Assembly (NCBI GenBank): GCA_963707635.1
Contig: OY970173.1
Span: 2,208,001-2,272,000, forward strand
Origin: Candidatus Latescibacterota bacterium
Lineage (GTDB): Bacteria; Krumholzibacteriota; Krumholzibacteriia; WVZY01; JAKEHA01
DNA: 64,000 nt
Direction of reading: 5' to 3'
The position numbers were made by a program, and so were the translations under genes. The notes under the pieces are model-generated. The model searched no databases. It was not told where the DNA came from and saw only the letters and a program-made list of their open reading frames with translations. Shown here piece by piece: positions 1 to 10,292 of the stretch (position 1 is its first letter; every line of letters starts with the position of its first letter).

Positions 1-1250
1 TCGCCGTCGATTTCCAGCGCCTGCCCGTAGAATCGGCCCGCGTGCGCGCACTCGCCAAAGGCGCCCTCCCCCGGCTCCGCGGCCCGGTCGACGAGCACCC
101 GCAGCGCCCGGTTCTGGAAGCGCGCGCGCGCAGCGAAAGAAACCTCCTCCTGCACGCCCACGAGCTCGGCGGCCCGCTCGCGCGCAAGCCCCGCGTCGAC
201 GGCGTCTTCGAACGACGCCGCGTCCGTACCCGGCTCCGGAGAATACGGGAACACCCCCAGGGAATCAAACGCGAAATCCCGTACGAACGCCTTCAGGTCC
301 TCGAACTCTTCGTCGGTTTCGCCCGGGAAACCGACGATGGCTTCGCTGCGAATCACGACCTCCGGAAACGCCGCGCGAATGTCGGCGATCAGTTTCTCGA
401 CGTGCGCGCGATCGTACGACCGCCGCATCCGCGCGAGCAACCGCGACGAGCTGTGTTGCACCGGCATTTCCAGGTATCGGCACACGGCCGCGTGCGCGAA
501 CAACGGCTCGATGTGGTCGACGCGGAGACCGGCCGGGTGCACGTAGAAGATGCGTACCCAGGGAACACCGGTGCGCGCAATTCGGTCCACCAGCCCCGCG
601 AAGTGCAGCGGGCCGTCCCGGTACGACACGATGTCCTGGGCCAGCAGCGTCACCTCGCGCACGCCCCGCGCGACCAGTTCATCCACCTCGCGCACGATCG
701 AGTCCGCCTGCCGCGACACCTGGCGGCCGCGAATCGCCGGAATCGCGCAGAACGTGCACGTGCGGTTGCACCCCTCCGCCACCTTGACGTACGCGGTGTG
801 GGGCGGGGTCAGGAGGTCGCGGGTTTCGAACTCCGCGAAGCGATCGGCGTCGCCGCGGACGAGCGTACGCGCCGCCGGCGTCTCGCGGCGCCACGACTCC
901 ACCAGCTCCGGGAGACGCGCGTGCGCGCCGGTGGGCAGAAAATGATCGACCCAGGGCAGCGCCGCCTCGAGGTCGAGGCCGCGGTGCACGGGCAGGCACC
1001 CCATCAACACCAGCTTCTTGCGTCCCCCGCGTTTGTAGCGCGCGAGCCGGCGGGTTTCTTCGACCGTCTCGCGCCACGACGAGTCCAGGAACGAGCAGGC
1101 GTTTACCATCAGCACGTCCGCGCGCGCCGGATCCGGCGTGACCTCGCAACCGCTGCGGCGGAGGATGGTCAGCGTGGCTTCGCTGTCCACGAGGTTCTTC
1201 GGACAGCCCAGGGTCACGAGGTGCGCCTTCATACGCGTCGGCCCGCTCAT
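1..1250 (-). CDS. rimO: Ribosomal protein S12 methylthiotransferase RimO (3' end runs off the window)
   Basis: Manual minus-strand translation: MSGPTRMKAHLVTLGCPKNLVDSE, radical-SAM motif YVKVAEGCNRTCTFC, TRAM-region GRFYGQALEIDG. ATGA overlap with the ftsK stop at 1247-1250. Absent from the ORF track because no stop falls in the window. Confidence 0.93.
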   Translation of the reverse strand, partial: MSGPTRMKAHLVTLGCPKNLVDSEATLTILRRSGCEVTPDPARADVLMVNACSFLDSSWRETVEETRRLARYKRGGRKKLVLMGCLPVHRGLDLEAALPWVDHFLPTGAHARLPELVESWRRETPAARTLVRGDADRFAEFETRDLLTPPHTAYVKVAEGCNRTCTFCAIPAIRGRQVSRQADSIVREVDELVARGVREVTLLAQDIVSYRDGPLHFAGLVDRIARTGVPWVRIFYVHPAGLRVDHIEPLFAHAAVCRYLEMPVQHSSSRLLARMRRSYDRAHVEKLIADIRAAFPEVVIRSEAIVGFPGETDEEFEDLKAFVRDFAFDSLGVFPYSPEPGTDAASFEDAVDAGLARERAAELVGVQEEVSFAARARFQNRALRVLVDRAAEPGEGAFGECAHAGRFYGQALEIDG

Positions 1251-3495
1251 TCGGAGGGATGGGTGGTCACGTAGACCTCGCGCGGCTTGGAGCCGTCGGG
1301 CGGGCCCACCACGCCCTGCTGCTCGAGCTGGTCGAGGAGCCTGGCCGCCCGCGAATACCCGACGTGCAGCTTGCGCTGGAGCAGCGACGTCGACCCTTGC
1401 TTGTACTGCACGACCACGCCCTTGGCGTCGTCGAAGAGCGGGTCGAGGTCCCCCGCCAGCTCCGCCGCCCCGGCCCGCGTCTCGGACAGGTCGAGCGAGC
1501 CTTCGTCGAAGCGATACGATTTCCAGTGATGGATGAGCTGCTCGATCTCGATTTCCGACACCCACGCGCCGTGCAGCCGCGCCGGTTGCTGGTGGTGGGA
1601 GTCGAGGTAGAGCATGTCGCCCTTGCCCAGCAGCTTGTCGGCCCCGATGGTGTCGAGGATCGTGCGCGAATCCACCTTGGTGGCGACCCGGAACGCGATG
1701 CGCGTCGGGAAATTCGCCTTCGTCCTCCCGACGATCACGTCCACCGACGGGCGCTGGGTGGCGAGGATCATGTGGATGCCGGCGGCGCGGGCCATCTGGG
1801 CGAGCCGGGTGAGCAGCGACTCGATGTCGACTCCCTTCGCCAGCGCCAGGTCGCCGAGTTCGTCCACCACCAGCACGATGAAGGGCAGGCGCTCCCCCGC
1901 CTCGTCGTGTTTGGCCATCGCCACCTTCGCGTTGTAGCTCTCGATGTTGCGGACTCCGTGGCGCCGGAACAGTTCATTGCGGCGCCCCATCTCCCGCACC
2001 AGGAACTCGAGCACGCGCGCGGCGTCCTTCGGGTCGGTGATCACCGGGTGCAGCAGGTGCGGCACGCCGTTGTACTGCGACATCTCCACCATCTTCGGAT
2101 CCACCAGCAGCATGCGCACGTCCGCGGCCGGTAGTGGAGCAGGATGCTCGCGAGGATGGTATTGAGACACACGCTCTTGCCCGAACCGGTGGTGCCCGCG
2201 ATCAGGAGGTGCGGCGCCTCGCACAGATTCATGAGGAAGGGTTTGCCGACGACGTCGACCCCGAGCCCGATCATGACACCCTTGAGCCGCTGCGACTCGG
2301 TCATCTCGCTTAAGACCTCGTGCAGGTATACCGTGCGCCCCAGCGGGTTGGGCATCTCGATCCCGACCGCGGCGCGCCCCGGGATCGGCGCGAGCATGCG
2401 CAGGCTGCGCGCGCGCATGGCGAGCGCGAGGTCGTCGCTGCGGCTGACGATGTCCTTGATCCGGACCCCCGGCGCCGGCTCGAACTCGAACGTGGTCACC
2501 ACCGGGCCGTGGTGCACCGCGGTCACCTTGCCCTGCACGCCGAACTGGGTGAGTTTTTCCTCGAGCACGCCGCTCCAGTTCTTGAGTTCCTCGCGCGTGA
2601 AGGCGGCGCCGTTCTCGCGCGGCTGCTCGAGGATCGTCAGCGGAGGGAGCGAGGCGTCCGCCAGCGGGATGGTCCGCGCCTCGGCGCCGGGCGCAGGCAC
2701 CGCCCGCCGCACGCGGGCTCTTGTCTCCGCGCGCGGTTTCGCCTCCGCGATGGCGATGTCGGGTTCGCGCCCCCGGCCGGGAAGCGCCTCCGCCGGCTCG
2801 GCCCAGCGCCGGGCCTTCTTCGCGACGCCGGCCGCGGCGGCTTCCGCCGTCGCCGGCGCGTCGGACTCGGCGGGAGCATCCGTCGATTTCGAGCGCTGCA
2901 CGGCGCTGCGCACGTAGTCCCCCGCGATCTCACGCTTGCGACCGAGCGCGGCGCGCAGCGACCCCGCCGCTCCGGCCAGCCCGGTTCCGGCCGAGCGCGC
3001 GAGCGACGCGACCCAGCGCACGCGGTGCGCCTCGCCGATCACGATCAGCAGCACCGCTGCCACCAGCACGATCGCCGAGCCGACGTTGCCGAAGACAGTG
3101 GTCAGCCCGGCGGCGACACCGTCTCCGACCTTGCCGCGCAGCGCCGTCACGCCGTCGGCGATCGGAGACACCGCGAAGAACGCGTTGGTGAGCACGACTC
3201 CCGCTACCACCTTCAGTCCGACGCGAACCAGCGGCGCCTCGGCGTCGCGCGCCAGCGCCACGCCCAGCGCCAGCAGCGTGAGCGGCACCACCCACGCCAG
3301 CACGCGCCCGAAGAGCACCACCAGCGCCCAGGCCAGCATCGACCCGAAGGGGCCGGTGGGGTTGTCGACGTGGCGCAGCGAAACCGTCGAATCGAAGGGC
3401 CAGTCGGTGGGACGCGTCGCGCCCAGGCCGACGACGAGGAACACCCCCAGCGCCAGCAGCATCACGGTAACGAAGAGTCTTGCTCGGTCGGTCAC
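1247..3495 (-). CDS. ftsK: DNA translocase FtsK, split by a one-base frameshift near 2124-2127
   Basis: ORF 2041..3495 has 4 N-terminal TM segments, the alpha domain (GPVVTTFEFEPAPGVR) and Walker A (PHLLIAGTTGSGKS). ORF 1247..2224 continues with LLVDPKMVE, Walker B VVDELGDL, ATQRPS and the gamma domain LLQRKLHVGYSRAARLLDQLE. Confidence 0.93.
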
Positions 3496-3535
3496 GTCAC
3501 TTCCTTGCTCGCCGGTGCGCCCGGCCCCGCGCGCA

Positions 3536-4915
3536 TCACTCCGCCGCGACGGCGTCGGCCAGGGTCAGTGTTTCCCCGTCCCACTGGTAGCCGTCGAGGA
3601 AGCGCGTGCTCAAATCGCCGCGCTGGAAGCTCGCCTCTTCCAGAATCGCGCGCTGGAAGTCGATCGTGCTGTAGATGCCGTCCACCACGCATTCCTCGAG
3701 CGCGCGCAGCATGCGCCTGACCGCCTCGTCGCGGTCGAGTCCGTGGCAGATCACCTTCGCGATCATGGAGTCGTAGTAGGGGGTGATCGTGTATCCCTGA
3801 TACACGTGCGAATCGACGCGCACGCCCATTCCACCCGGCAGGTGGACGAATCCCACCTTCCCGGGGCACGGCATGAAATCGCGCACCGCGTCCTCCGCGT
3901 TGATCCGGCACTCGATCGCGTGGCCGCTGAAACGCACGTCGCGCTGCGAAAATGACAGGGGTTGTCCGGCGGCGACGGCGATCATCTCCTTGATCAGGTC
4001 GCGCCCCGTGACCATCTCGGTCACCGGGTGCTCGACCTGAATGCGGGTGTTCATCTCCATGAAGAAGAACTCGTCGCCCTGCACCAGGAACTCCATGGTC
4101 CCCGCCGAGGTGTAGTTCATGGCACGGGCGCCCCGCACCGCGGTCTCGAGCAGCAGCCCGCGCACCTCGGGGGTGAGTGCGACGCACGGCGACTCTTCGA
4201 TCAGTTTCTGATGCCGGCGCTGGATCGAGCACTCGCGCTCACCCAGGTGGACGACGTTGCCGTGGGAGTCGCCCAGCAGCTGCACCTCCACGTGGCGGGG
4301 GCTCGGCAGGTACTTTTCGAGGTAGACCGCCGCGTTGCCGAACGCGCTCTCCGCTTCCGCGCGCGCGATCAGGAGCGCGTTGGCGAGGTCATCGGGGTTG
4401 CGCGCGACGCGCATGCCCCGCCCACCGCCGCCCGCCGCCGCCTTCACGATCACCGGGTACCCGATTTCCTCCGCGACCCGGAGCGCCTCCCGCTCGTCGG
4501 AGACGGCGCCGTCGGACCCGGGGATCACCGGCACGCCGGCCTGCCGCATCATGTCCTTGGCGATGGACTTGTTACCCATCTTCTGGATGACTTCCTGCGA
4601 CGGGCCGACCCACGCGATCCCGCACGACGTCACCGCCTCGGCGAACTCGGCGTTCTCGGACAGGAATCCGTAGCCAGGATGGATGGCCTCCGCGCTGGTG
4701 ATCTCAGCCGCGGAGATGATCCGGTTTACGTTGAGGTAGCTCTCGCCGGGGGCGTTGGGGCCGATGCAGACGGCCTCGTCGGCGAAACGAACGTGGAGCG
4801 ATTCGGTGTCGGCCTCGCTGTGCACCGCGACGGTCTGAATCCCCATCTCGTGGCACGCGCGCATGACGCGCAACGCGATCTCGCCCCGGTTCGCGACGAG
4901 GATCTTCGTGAACAT
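3536..4915 (-). CDS. accC: Acetyl-CoA carboxylase biotin carboxylase subunit
   Basis: MFTKILVANRGEIALR, HPGYGFLSEN, GGGGRGM, RECSIQRRHQK, EMNTRIQVEHPVTE motifs. Confidence 0.97.
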   Translation of the reverse strand: MFTKILVANRGEIALRVMRACHEMGIQTVAVHSEADTESLHVRFADEAVCIGPNAPGESYLNVNRIISAAEITSAEAIHPGYGFLSENAEFAEAVTSCGIAWVGPSQEVIQKMGNKSIAKDMMRQAGVPVIPGSDGAVSDEREALRVAEEIGYPVIVKAAAGGGGRGMRVARNPDDLANALLIARAEAESAFGNAAVYLEKYLPSPRHVEVQLLGDSHGNVVHLGERECSIQRRHQKLIEESPCVALTPEVRGLLLETAVRGARAMNYTSAGTMEFLVQGDEFFFMEMNTRIQVEHPVTEMVTGRDLIKEMIAVAAGQPLSFSQRDVRFSGHAIECRINAEDAVRDFMPCPGKVGFVHLPGGMGVRVDSHVYQGYTITPYYDSMIAKVICHGLDRDEAVRRMLRALEECVVDGIYSTIDFQRAILEEASFQRGDLSTRFLDGYQWDGETLTLADAVAAE

Positions 4916-4953
4916 GGGGCAAAACGTACCACAGCGTGGGACGTCTTGTTAAC

Positions 4954-6108
4954 CTACAATCTCCCGCTGGAGACGGGCTCTTCCTTGCCGGTGGCGGCCG
5001 GCCCCTCGCCTTCGAAGCTCTTCCACGACTGGTCGCTCGTCGCCTGAATTCCCTTCAAGCGGAGCGTGAGCTCGTGCGGCTTCGAGCTGGCGCGGAGCGC
5101 GTCGTCCAGCGTGATGATGCCGTCCTGGTAGAGCTTCATCAGCGCCTGATCGAAGGTCTGCATCTGGTGCGTGGTGACGCCCTCGCGCATTACCTGGTGG
5201 AGCAGCGGGGTCTTGTCCGGGTTCACGACGCACTCGCGCACGGTCCCGGTCGTCACCAGCACCTCGACCGCCGGGGCACGCCCGGCGCCGTCGGCGCGCC
5301 GTACCAGCCGCTGCGAGATGACCGCCTGCAGCGTGGACGCCAGCAGGTAGCGGATCTCCTGGTGGTGGTGAGGCGGGAAGAAGGAAATGATTCGATTGAT
5401 GGTCTGCGGCGCGTCGATCGTGTGCAGGGTCGACAGCACCAGGTGACCGGTGTCGGCCGCCTTGAGCGCGATTTCCATGGTCTCGGCGTCGCGGATCTCA
5501 CCCACCATGATCACGTTCGGGTCCTGGCGCAGGATATGGCGCAGGGCTTCGTTGAACGACGCCGTGTCGCTGCCGACCTCGCGCTGGTTGACAATGCTCT
5601 TGTCGTCGCGATGCAGGAACTCGATCGGGTCCTCGATGGTGATGATCGACGCGTTCAGATTCTGGTTGATGGTCTGGATCATCGCAGCGAGGGTCGTGGA
5701 TTTTCCGCTGCCGACGGTTCCGGTCACGAGGATGAGGCCGCGCGGGCGCAGGGCCAGCTCGGAAATGACCGGGGGCAGCGACAGCTCCTCCACTTTCTTG
5801 ATGTTCACCGGCACGTGGCGGAAAACCATCACGATCGAGCTGCGCTGGACGTAGAAGTTGGCGCGAAAACGTGCAAGACCGGTGACCCCGAATGCAAAAT
5901 CCACCTCGCGGGTGCCTTCGAACTTCTCGCGCTGCATCGGAGTCAGGATTTTGCGGGCCACCTCTTCCATCTCGCGCGGGGTCGGCGCCGGGAAGCTCAT
6001 GCGTTGCAGTTTGCCATTGACGCGAATCAGCGGGGCAACGCCCGGCTTGATGTGGAGATCCGAGGCGCCCGATTCGATCATCTTTTCGAGCAGCTGCTTG
6101 ATGTTCAT
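4954..6108 (-). CDS. PilT/PilU-family type IV pilus retraction ATPase (second paralog)
   Basis: GASDLHI, GLILVTGTVGSGKSTT, IITIEDPIE, NQREVG, LRQDPNVIMVGEIRD, TGHLVLSTLH, MQTFDQAL. Confidence 0.93.
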   Translation of the reverse strand: MNIKQLLEKMIESGASDLHIKPGVAPLIRVNGKLQRMSFPAPTPREMEEVARKILTPMQREKFEGTREVDFAFGVTGLARFRANFYVQRSSIVMVFRHVPVNIKKVEELSLPPVISELALRPRGLILVTGTVGSGKSTTLAAMIQTINQNLNASIITIEDPIEFLHRDDKSIVNQREVGSDTASFNEALRHILRQDPNVIMVGEIRDAETMEIALKAADTGHLVLSTLHTIDAPQTINRIISFFPPHHHQEIRYLLASTLQAVISQRLVRRADGAGRAPAVEVLVTTGTVRECVVNPDKTPLLHQVMREGVTTHQMQTFDQALMKLYQDGIITLDDALRASSKPHELTLRLKGIQATSDQSWKSFEGEGPAATGKEEPVSSGRL

Positions 6109-6131
6109 CCGTCACCCTCCGCTAACACAAC

Positions 6132-6602
6132 TCATTTTACTTCAATGAGAAACAGTGGCTGGCCGTACTCGACGGGCTGGCCGTTTTCGAGCAGCACCCG
6201 GCGAATGACCCCGCTGAAATCCGACCCGATCTCGTTCATCAGCTTCATCGCCTCGACAATGCAAACCGTCTGCCCGACGGCGACCGGCTGACCAATTTCG
6301 ACGAACGGTTCGGAACCAGGGGCCGGCGCCCGGTAAAACGTGCCGACCATGGGTGACTTGATCTGTTTCAAGTTCGATGCCAGTTTCTCCCCCGCCGCCT
6401 CCGTCTCATCCGCGGCCGAGGAGTCGGCGTCCGCCGAGTGGCCGGCAGCCGGCGGTGCGGGAACGAACGCGGCGGAGGCCGGCGGCGGCGCGGCGCCGTT
6501 CTTCGCGATCCGGATCTTCGTCCGGCCGCGGCATACCTCGAGTTCGCTGATCTTGCTCTCTTCGACCAGACGGATCAGTTCTTCGATCTCGCGCTTGTCC
6601 AT
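6132..6602 (-). CDS. accB: Biotin carboxyl carrier protein of acetyl-CoA carboxylase
   Basis: SPMVGTFY and biotinylation motif EAMKLMNEI. GGGAGG RBS precedes the ATG at 6602. Confidence 0.96.
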   Translation of the reverse strand: MDKREIEELIRLVEESKISELEVCRGRTKIRIAKNGAAPPPASAAFVPAPPAAGHSADADSSAADETEAAGEKLASNLKQIKSPMVGTFYRAPAPGSEPFVEIGQPVAVGQTVCIVEAMKLMNEIGSDFSGVIRRVLLENGQPVEYGQPLFLIEVK

Positions 6603-6623
6603 TGGCACCTCCCGCGGCTCCCG

Positions 6624-7181
6624 TCAGACCCGCGTCACGTACTTGCCGGTACGAGTATCGACGCGAACGACGTCACCTTCGTTGATGAACAACGGCACCT
6701 GCACCACCAGCCCCGACGCCAGGGTCGCGGACTTCGATCCCCCCTGCGCCGTGTCGCCGCGAATGCCGGGCTCCGCGCGCGTGACCGGGAGCTCCACGAA
6801 ATTGGGCAGCTCGATCGTGAGCGGCCGCTCGCCGTCCAGCAGGATGTTGAGATCCATGTTCTCCTTCAGGTAGGGCTTGGCCTCCTCGATGATGCTGCCG
6901 GACAGCTCGATCTGCTCGTAGCTGCTCTTGTCCATCATGTGATAAACACCACCCGCCTCGTACAGGAACTGGAACGCCTGCCGCACCACCCGGACCTCGG
7001 CGATCTTCTCCCCCGAGCGGAAGGTCTGGTCCTTGACCTGCCCGGTCAGCAGGTTCTTGATCTTGGTGCGAATGAACGCACCGCCCTTGCCCGGTTTTAC
7101 GTGGAGGAATTCCTGAATCGCCCAGTACTCCCCGTCCATGTTCATGATCAATCCATTTCGGATATCGCTGGTATCCGCCAT
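6624..7181 (-). CDS. efp: Elongation factor P
   Basis: HVKPGKGGAF loop, PGIRGDTA, VPLFINEGD..VDTRTGKYVTR. AAGGAG RBS. Confidence 0.97.
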   Translation of the reverse strand: MADTSDIRNGLIMNMDGEYWAIQEFLHVKPGKGGAFIRTKIKNLLTGQVKDQTFRSGEKIAEVRVVRQAFQFLYEAGGVYHMMDKSSYEQIELSGSIIEEAKPYLKENMDLNILLDGERPLTIELPNFVELPVTRAEPGIRGDTAQGGSKSATLASGLVVQVPLFINEGDVVRVDTRTGKYVTRV

Positions 7182-7254
7182 CACCTGTATCTCCTTGTTT
7201 TCTCAATTATTAGCAGTATTGAGGGTGCTCCGGCACGGGGCGCACCCGGCGCGG

Positions 7255-7283
7255 ATTGTAGCGGCGCCGCGGGCGTGAATCCA
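7255..7283 (-). promoter_or_regulatory. Putative sigma70 promoter of efp-accB-pilT2-accC
   Basis: TGGATT-N17-TACAAT on the minus strand in the intergenic region upstream of efp. Confidence 0.5.
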
Positions 7284-7361
7284 CAACTATTCTTCGGCGG
7301 CGCAGCCAGCTCCGACGCCGTAACCAAATAGACGAATTATGGTTAGAAGAGCTGTCGGGGG

Positions 7362-8285
7362 TCAGGACATGGCGCGAAGCCAGCGCTTGAACTGCTCGTA
7401 GCTGCGCGACTCGTCGATGGGGCTCCCGTTCGGCGGCGCCGGAAGCGCGGCCCGGCGCGCGGGACCCCGTTCGTCATCGGCGTCCGCAGTCTCGGCGGGT
7501 CTCGCGACGACGTCGGGGATCGGCGGCAACATCGGCTCTTCGGCCGCCGGCGGCGGCGCGTCGGCGGGTGTGGCGCCCTCGAGGGCGTCGATCTTGCGCC
7601 GAAGCTCGTCGTTGTTCGGCTGGCGCCGCAGCACCTCTCGATAGATCCGCAGGGCCTTCACCGGGTGTCCCTGGGCGGCGTAGATGTCGGCGAGGGTCAG
7701 GGTCGCGATTTCGTCCGAGGTCACGGACGCGTCGCGCAGCGTGATGGGCTCGCCCACGAATTCGTCGTCGGCGACCTCGCGCAACTCGTGGACGTTCTCG
7801 TCGGCCGGGACCGGTGCCGTCGCGACGCGGGCCGGCCCCGACGTCGCGGCAACCGCGGGAGCAGCGGGAACAGCGGTCTCGCCCAGCTGCTGGACGCGCC
7901 GGCGAATATCCTTGTCCTCGGGATCCAGCGTGAGGATGTCCTCGAAGAAGCGCCGGGCGCCGGCGGCGTCGCCGAGCTCCGCGCGTATGATGCCGAGATA
8001 TTTCAGGGCGACCAGGTTGCGGTCGTCGAGTTCCAGAACGCGCCGGAACGATGCTTCCGCCTCCGCGGTACGGGCGGCGTCGAAGTAGCACTTGCCATGC
8101 ACGACGTGTCCGCTGGCGTAGCGCGGGTGAGCTTTTATACCCCGCGCGCAGACGAGGAGAGCCTCCTCGACCATCCCGGCCTTGCGGCAGGCATCGGCCA
8201 GGGGCGCAAAGACGGTGCTATCCGGCGCAAGGCGGTACCGGTCGAAGAGTTCGTCGAGTTCGGGAGTGGTATACCGCTGGGTCAT
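7362..8285 (-). CDS. Tetratricopeptide-repeat protein
   Basis: N-terminal TPRs (FAPLADACRKAG..EEAL..C..G...HPRYASGH), Pro/Ala linker, second TPR TLADIYAAQGH..KAL.IY, C-terminal FKRWL helix. Confidence 0.85.
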   Translation of the reverse strand: MTQRYTTPELDELFDRYRLAPDSTVFAPLADACRKAGMVEEALLVCARGIKAHPRYASGHVVHGKCYFDAARTAEAEASFRRVLELDDRNLVALKYLGIIRAELGDAAGARRFFEDILTLDPEDKDIRRRVQQLGETAVPAAPAVAATSGPARVATAPVPADENVHELREVADDEFVGEPITLRDASVTSDEIATLTLADIYAAQGHPVKALRIYREVLRRQPNNDELRRKIDALEGATPADAPPPAAEEPMLPPIPDVVARPAETADADDERGPARRAALPAPPNGSPIDESRSYEQFKRWLRAMS

Positions 8286-8443
8286 GTCGTGTCTCTATCC
8301 GCCGCGCCGGCGGAGTGATTCCGGCCACCGGTCGCCGGCTGGCGTCCGTCCGGACTCCTCAACCAGCCCCGCAATCACTTGTTACATAATGCCTTGCGGG
8401 GGCTAGCCGTGTCGCTGCTACGCACCGGAGACGTATCGGACAA

Positions 8444-8459
8444 AGCACCAACTGTGCCA
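8444..8459 (-). promoter_or_regulatory. Putative sigma54 (-24/-12) promoter upstream of the TPR gene
   Basis: TGGCAC-AGTTG-GTGCT: GG-N10-GC spacing kept, one mismatch to TTGC. Confidence 0.55.
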
Positions 8460-8464
8460 ACGAC

Positions 8465-9475
8465 CTAGCCCTCGTACCGGAAGGTCTCCGCCACGGCCCG
8501 CAGCTCCCTCACCAGGGTCGTTTTCTCACGGCCGGGAGCATACACCAGAAGATCGACCGCCCAAAGTAGTTGCGAGGCCCGATCCCACACGAAGTAGGTC
8601 TCGTAGTAACCCCCGGAGGAGCCGTGCCGGTCGTTGTGCCAGTAGCCGCTCATGCACACCGACGGATACGGACCGAGGCGACCCGCGGCGCACCGAACCC
8701 GATCCCGGTCCATCTCGTCACCGTCGTACCGGCGCCGCACGTACCCGGCTCGAAAATCGAACAACTCGTCGACGTTGCGCGACAGCGGGGCATGGTCACA
8801 TGCCCGCCAGAACACCCCGAGCACCCGGGGCGGTTCGTCGCGGTGCAACTCGACGCCCGCCGGAGTATCCGCCTCGCTGAAGAGCGAGTAGACCGACGGA
8901 ACCTGGAGCCGGAATCCCCAGCGAGTGCGAAGCGCCTCCGCCAGCGCGTCATCCCGCCGTTCGAGCAGGTTATTGCGGAGACGCTCCCGCGCGCTGGCTT
9001 CGACCCGGTCGGGAATCTCCGCGCCGTGTTCGTCCAGCAGTCGACGGAGTCCCGCCTCGTCCCTCGCAGTAATCACGAGCGTCAGCTGCCCCGGGTACGG
9101 TGTGTCCGTCCGGGAGAAGATGCCGGCTCCCCCCCGGCGCACGCGCTCCGCGTCGGCCTTGCCGAGTAGGCCGCGGATCCGCTTCGCGACTCCCGTGGGG
9201 CCGTCCAGTACTCCGCACCACACGACGTTCTTGACCGCAGGGGGCTCGAAGGCGCGATCGGAAGGGGCCAGGGTGACCTGGAAAGGCGCCTCGGTGGACA
9301 CGAAGTAATCGCGCTCCTCGGTCAACAGCACGGCTAGTCGGCGCGCCCACTCGCCCTGCGCACCTCCGTCTGCGAACACAGCGACTTCGGAGTAGGAACC
9401 TGCCGGCGGCAACGATACCCCGCAGCCGCCATTGGCGGCTGCCACGATCAAGAGCGAAATCAAGGCGCGACCCAT
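8465..9475 (-). CDS. DUF4837-like lipoprotein
   Basis: Signal peptide with Cys (AANGGC), EAPF, GFRLQVP, GYW..GGYY..Y and C-terminal YAPGREK..LVREL pattern resembling DUF4837. Confidence 0.65.
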   Translation of the reverse strand: MGRALISLLIVAAANGGCGVSLPPAGSYSEVAVFADGGAQGEWARRLAVLLTEERDYFVSTEAPFQVTLAPSDRAFEPPAVKNVVWCGVLDGPTGVAKRIRGLLGKADAERVRRGGAGIFSRTDTPYPGQLTLVITARDEAGLRRLLDEHGAEIPDRVEASARERLRNNLLERRDDALAEALRTRWGFRLQVPSVYSLFSEADTPAGVELHRDEPPRVLGVFWRACDHAPLSRNVDELFDFRAGYVRRRYDGDEMDRDRVRCAAGRLGPYPSVCMSGYWHNDRHGSSGGYYETYFVWDRASQLLWAVDLLVYAPGREKTTLVRELRAVAETFRYEG

Positions 9476-9517
9476 TCGGTATCGCCCCCACCATAGCGCC
9501 GACCATCGTTGGTGGGC

Positions 9518-9559
9518 AAAAAGAAACGGCCCGCCCCCCGGTGAAGGAGAGGCGGGCCG
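9518..9559 (-). terminator. Intrinsic terminator after the sigma/anti-sigma operon
   Basis: CGGCCCGCC...GGCGGGCCG stem followed by TTTCTTTTT on the minus strand. Confidence 0.75.
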
Positions 9560-9583
9560 ATTGTGCTTCCGGCGCCGCGCGAA

Positions 9584-10273
9584 CTAGGGCCGCGCCGGCG
9601 TCGCCTGCTGGCCTTGCAAGTGAAGTTTCAAACGAATGATCCGCCGCTGAATGTACGCGGACCGTTCTTCCGGCGTCATGCGCATCAGGTCGGCGGAAAC
9701 CAGCGAGTCGATGGTGGCCTCGGTCGTCGACTCGTCGATGGCCCCGTGCGACGCGCCGCCCGGCGCGCTCACACTCCCCGCTCGATACCCGCTCGATACC
9801 ATGAGCTCCTGCCCGTTCCGCCCGGCGCCCAAACTGGGGCGCGGTACGATCGGCGGCGTCGCGTTCAGCGGGCGGTCGCGGGAAATCCCCGTCGCCGCGC
9901 CCGGAGTCACCGCGGGTCCGGCTGCTTCCCGCAGAGCCACCGCACCCACCACCAGCACGAGGCCGAACATCATCCCCGCGCTCAGCGCGTAGCGACGGCT
10001 CCACGCCCGCGCCCATGCGCCGGACGCCTCCGATCGCGAACGCACCTGATTGCGCTCCCGGTGAATTGCCAGCCGGACCTTCCAGTTGAAGTTCTCGTCG
10101 AGCGGCTCCAGCGGGACCCGATGAATCAACGCGAGGCTCCTGGTCAACTCGGCGGCGAAACGCTCGCACTCCACGCACTCGCCGAGATGACGGTCGAGCT
10201 CCGCGCGCAATACCTCGTGACTCATCCCGTCTACGAAGTCAAACAACAGTTGTCGTGCACGACGGCAGTTCAT
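9584..10273 (-). CDS. Zinc-finger (ZAS/zf-HC2) transmembrane anti-sigma factor
   Basis: MNC...HLGECVEC (HxxxCxxC), one TM helix, directly downstream of an ECF sigma gene. GGAGG RBS. Confidence 0.88.
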   Translation of the reverse strand: MNCRRARQLLFDFVDGMSHEVLRAELDRHLGECVECERFAAELTRSLALIHRVPLEPLDENFNWKVRLAIHRERNQVRSRSEASGAWARAWSRRYALSAGMMFGLVLVVGAVALREAAGPAVTPGAATGISRDRPLNATPPIVPRPSLGAGRNGQELMVSSGYRAGSVSAPGGASHGAIDESTTEATIDSLVSADLMRMTPEERSAYIQRRIIRLKLHLQGQQATPARP

Positions 10274-10292
10274 CTCATTCACTCCTCCATGC

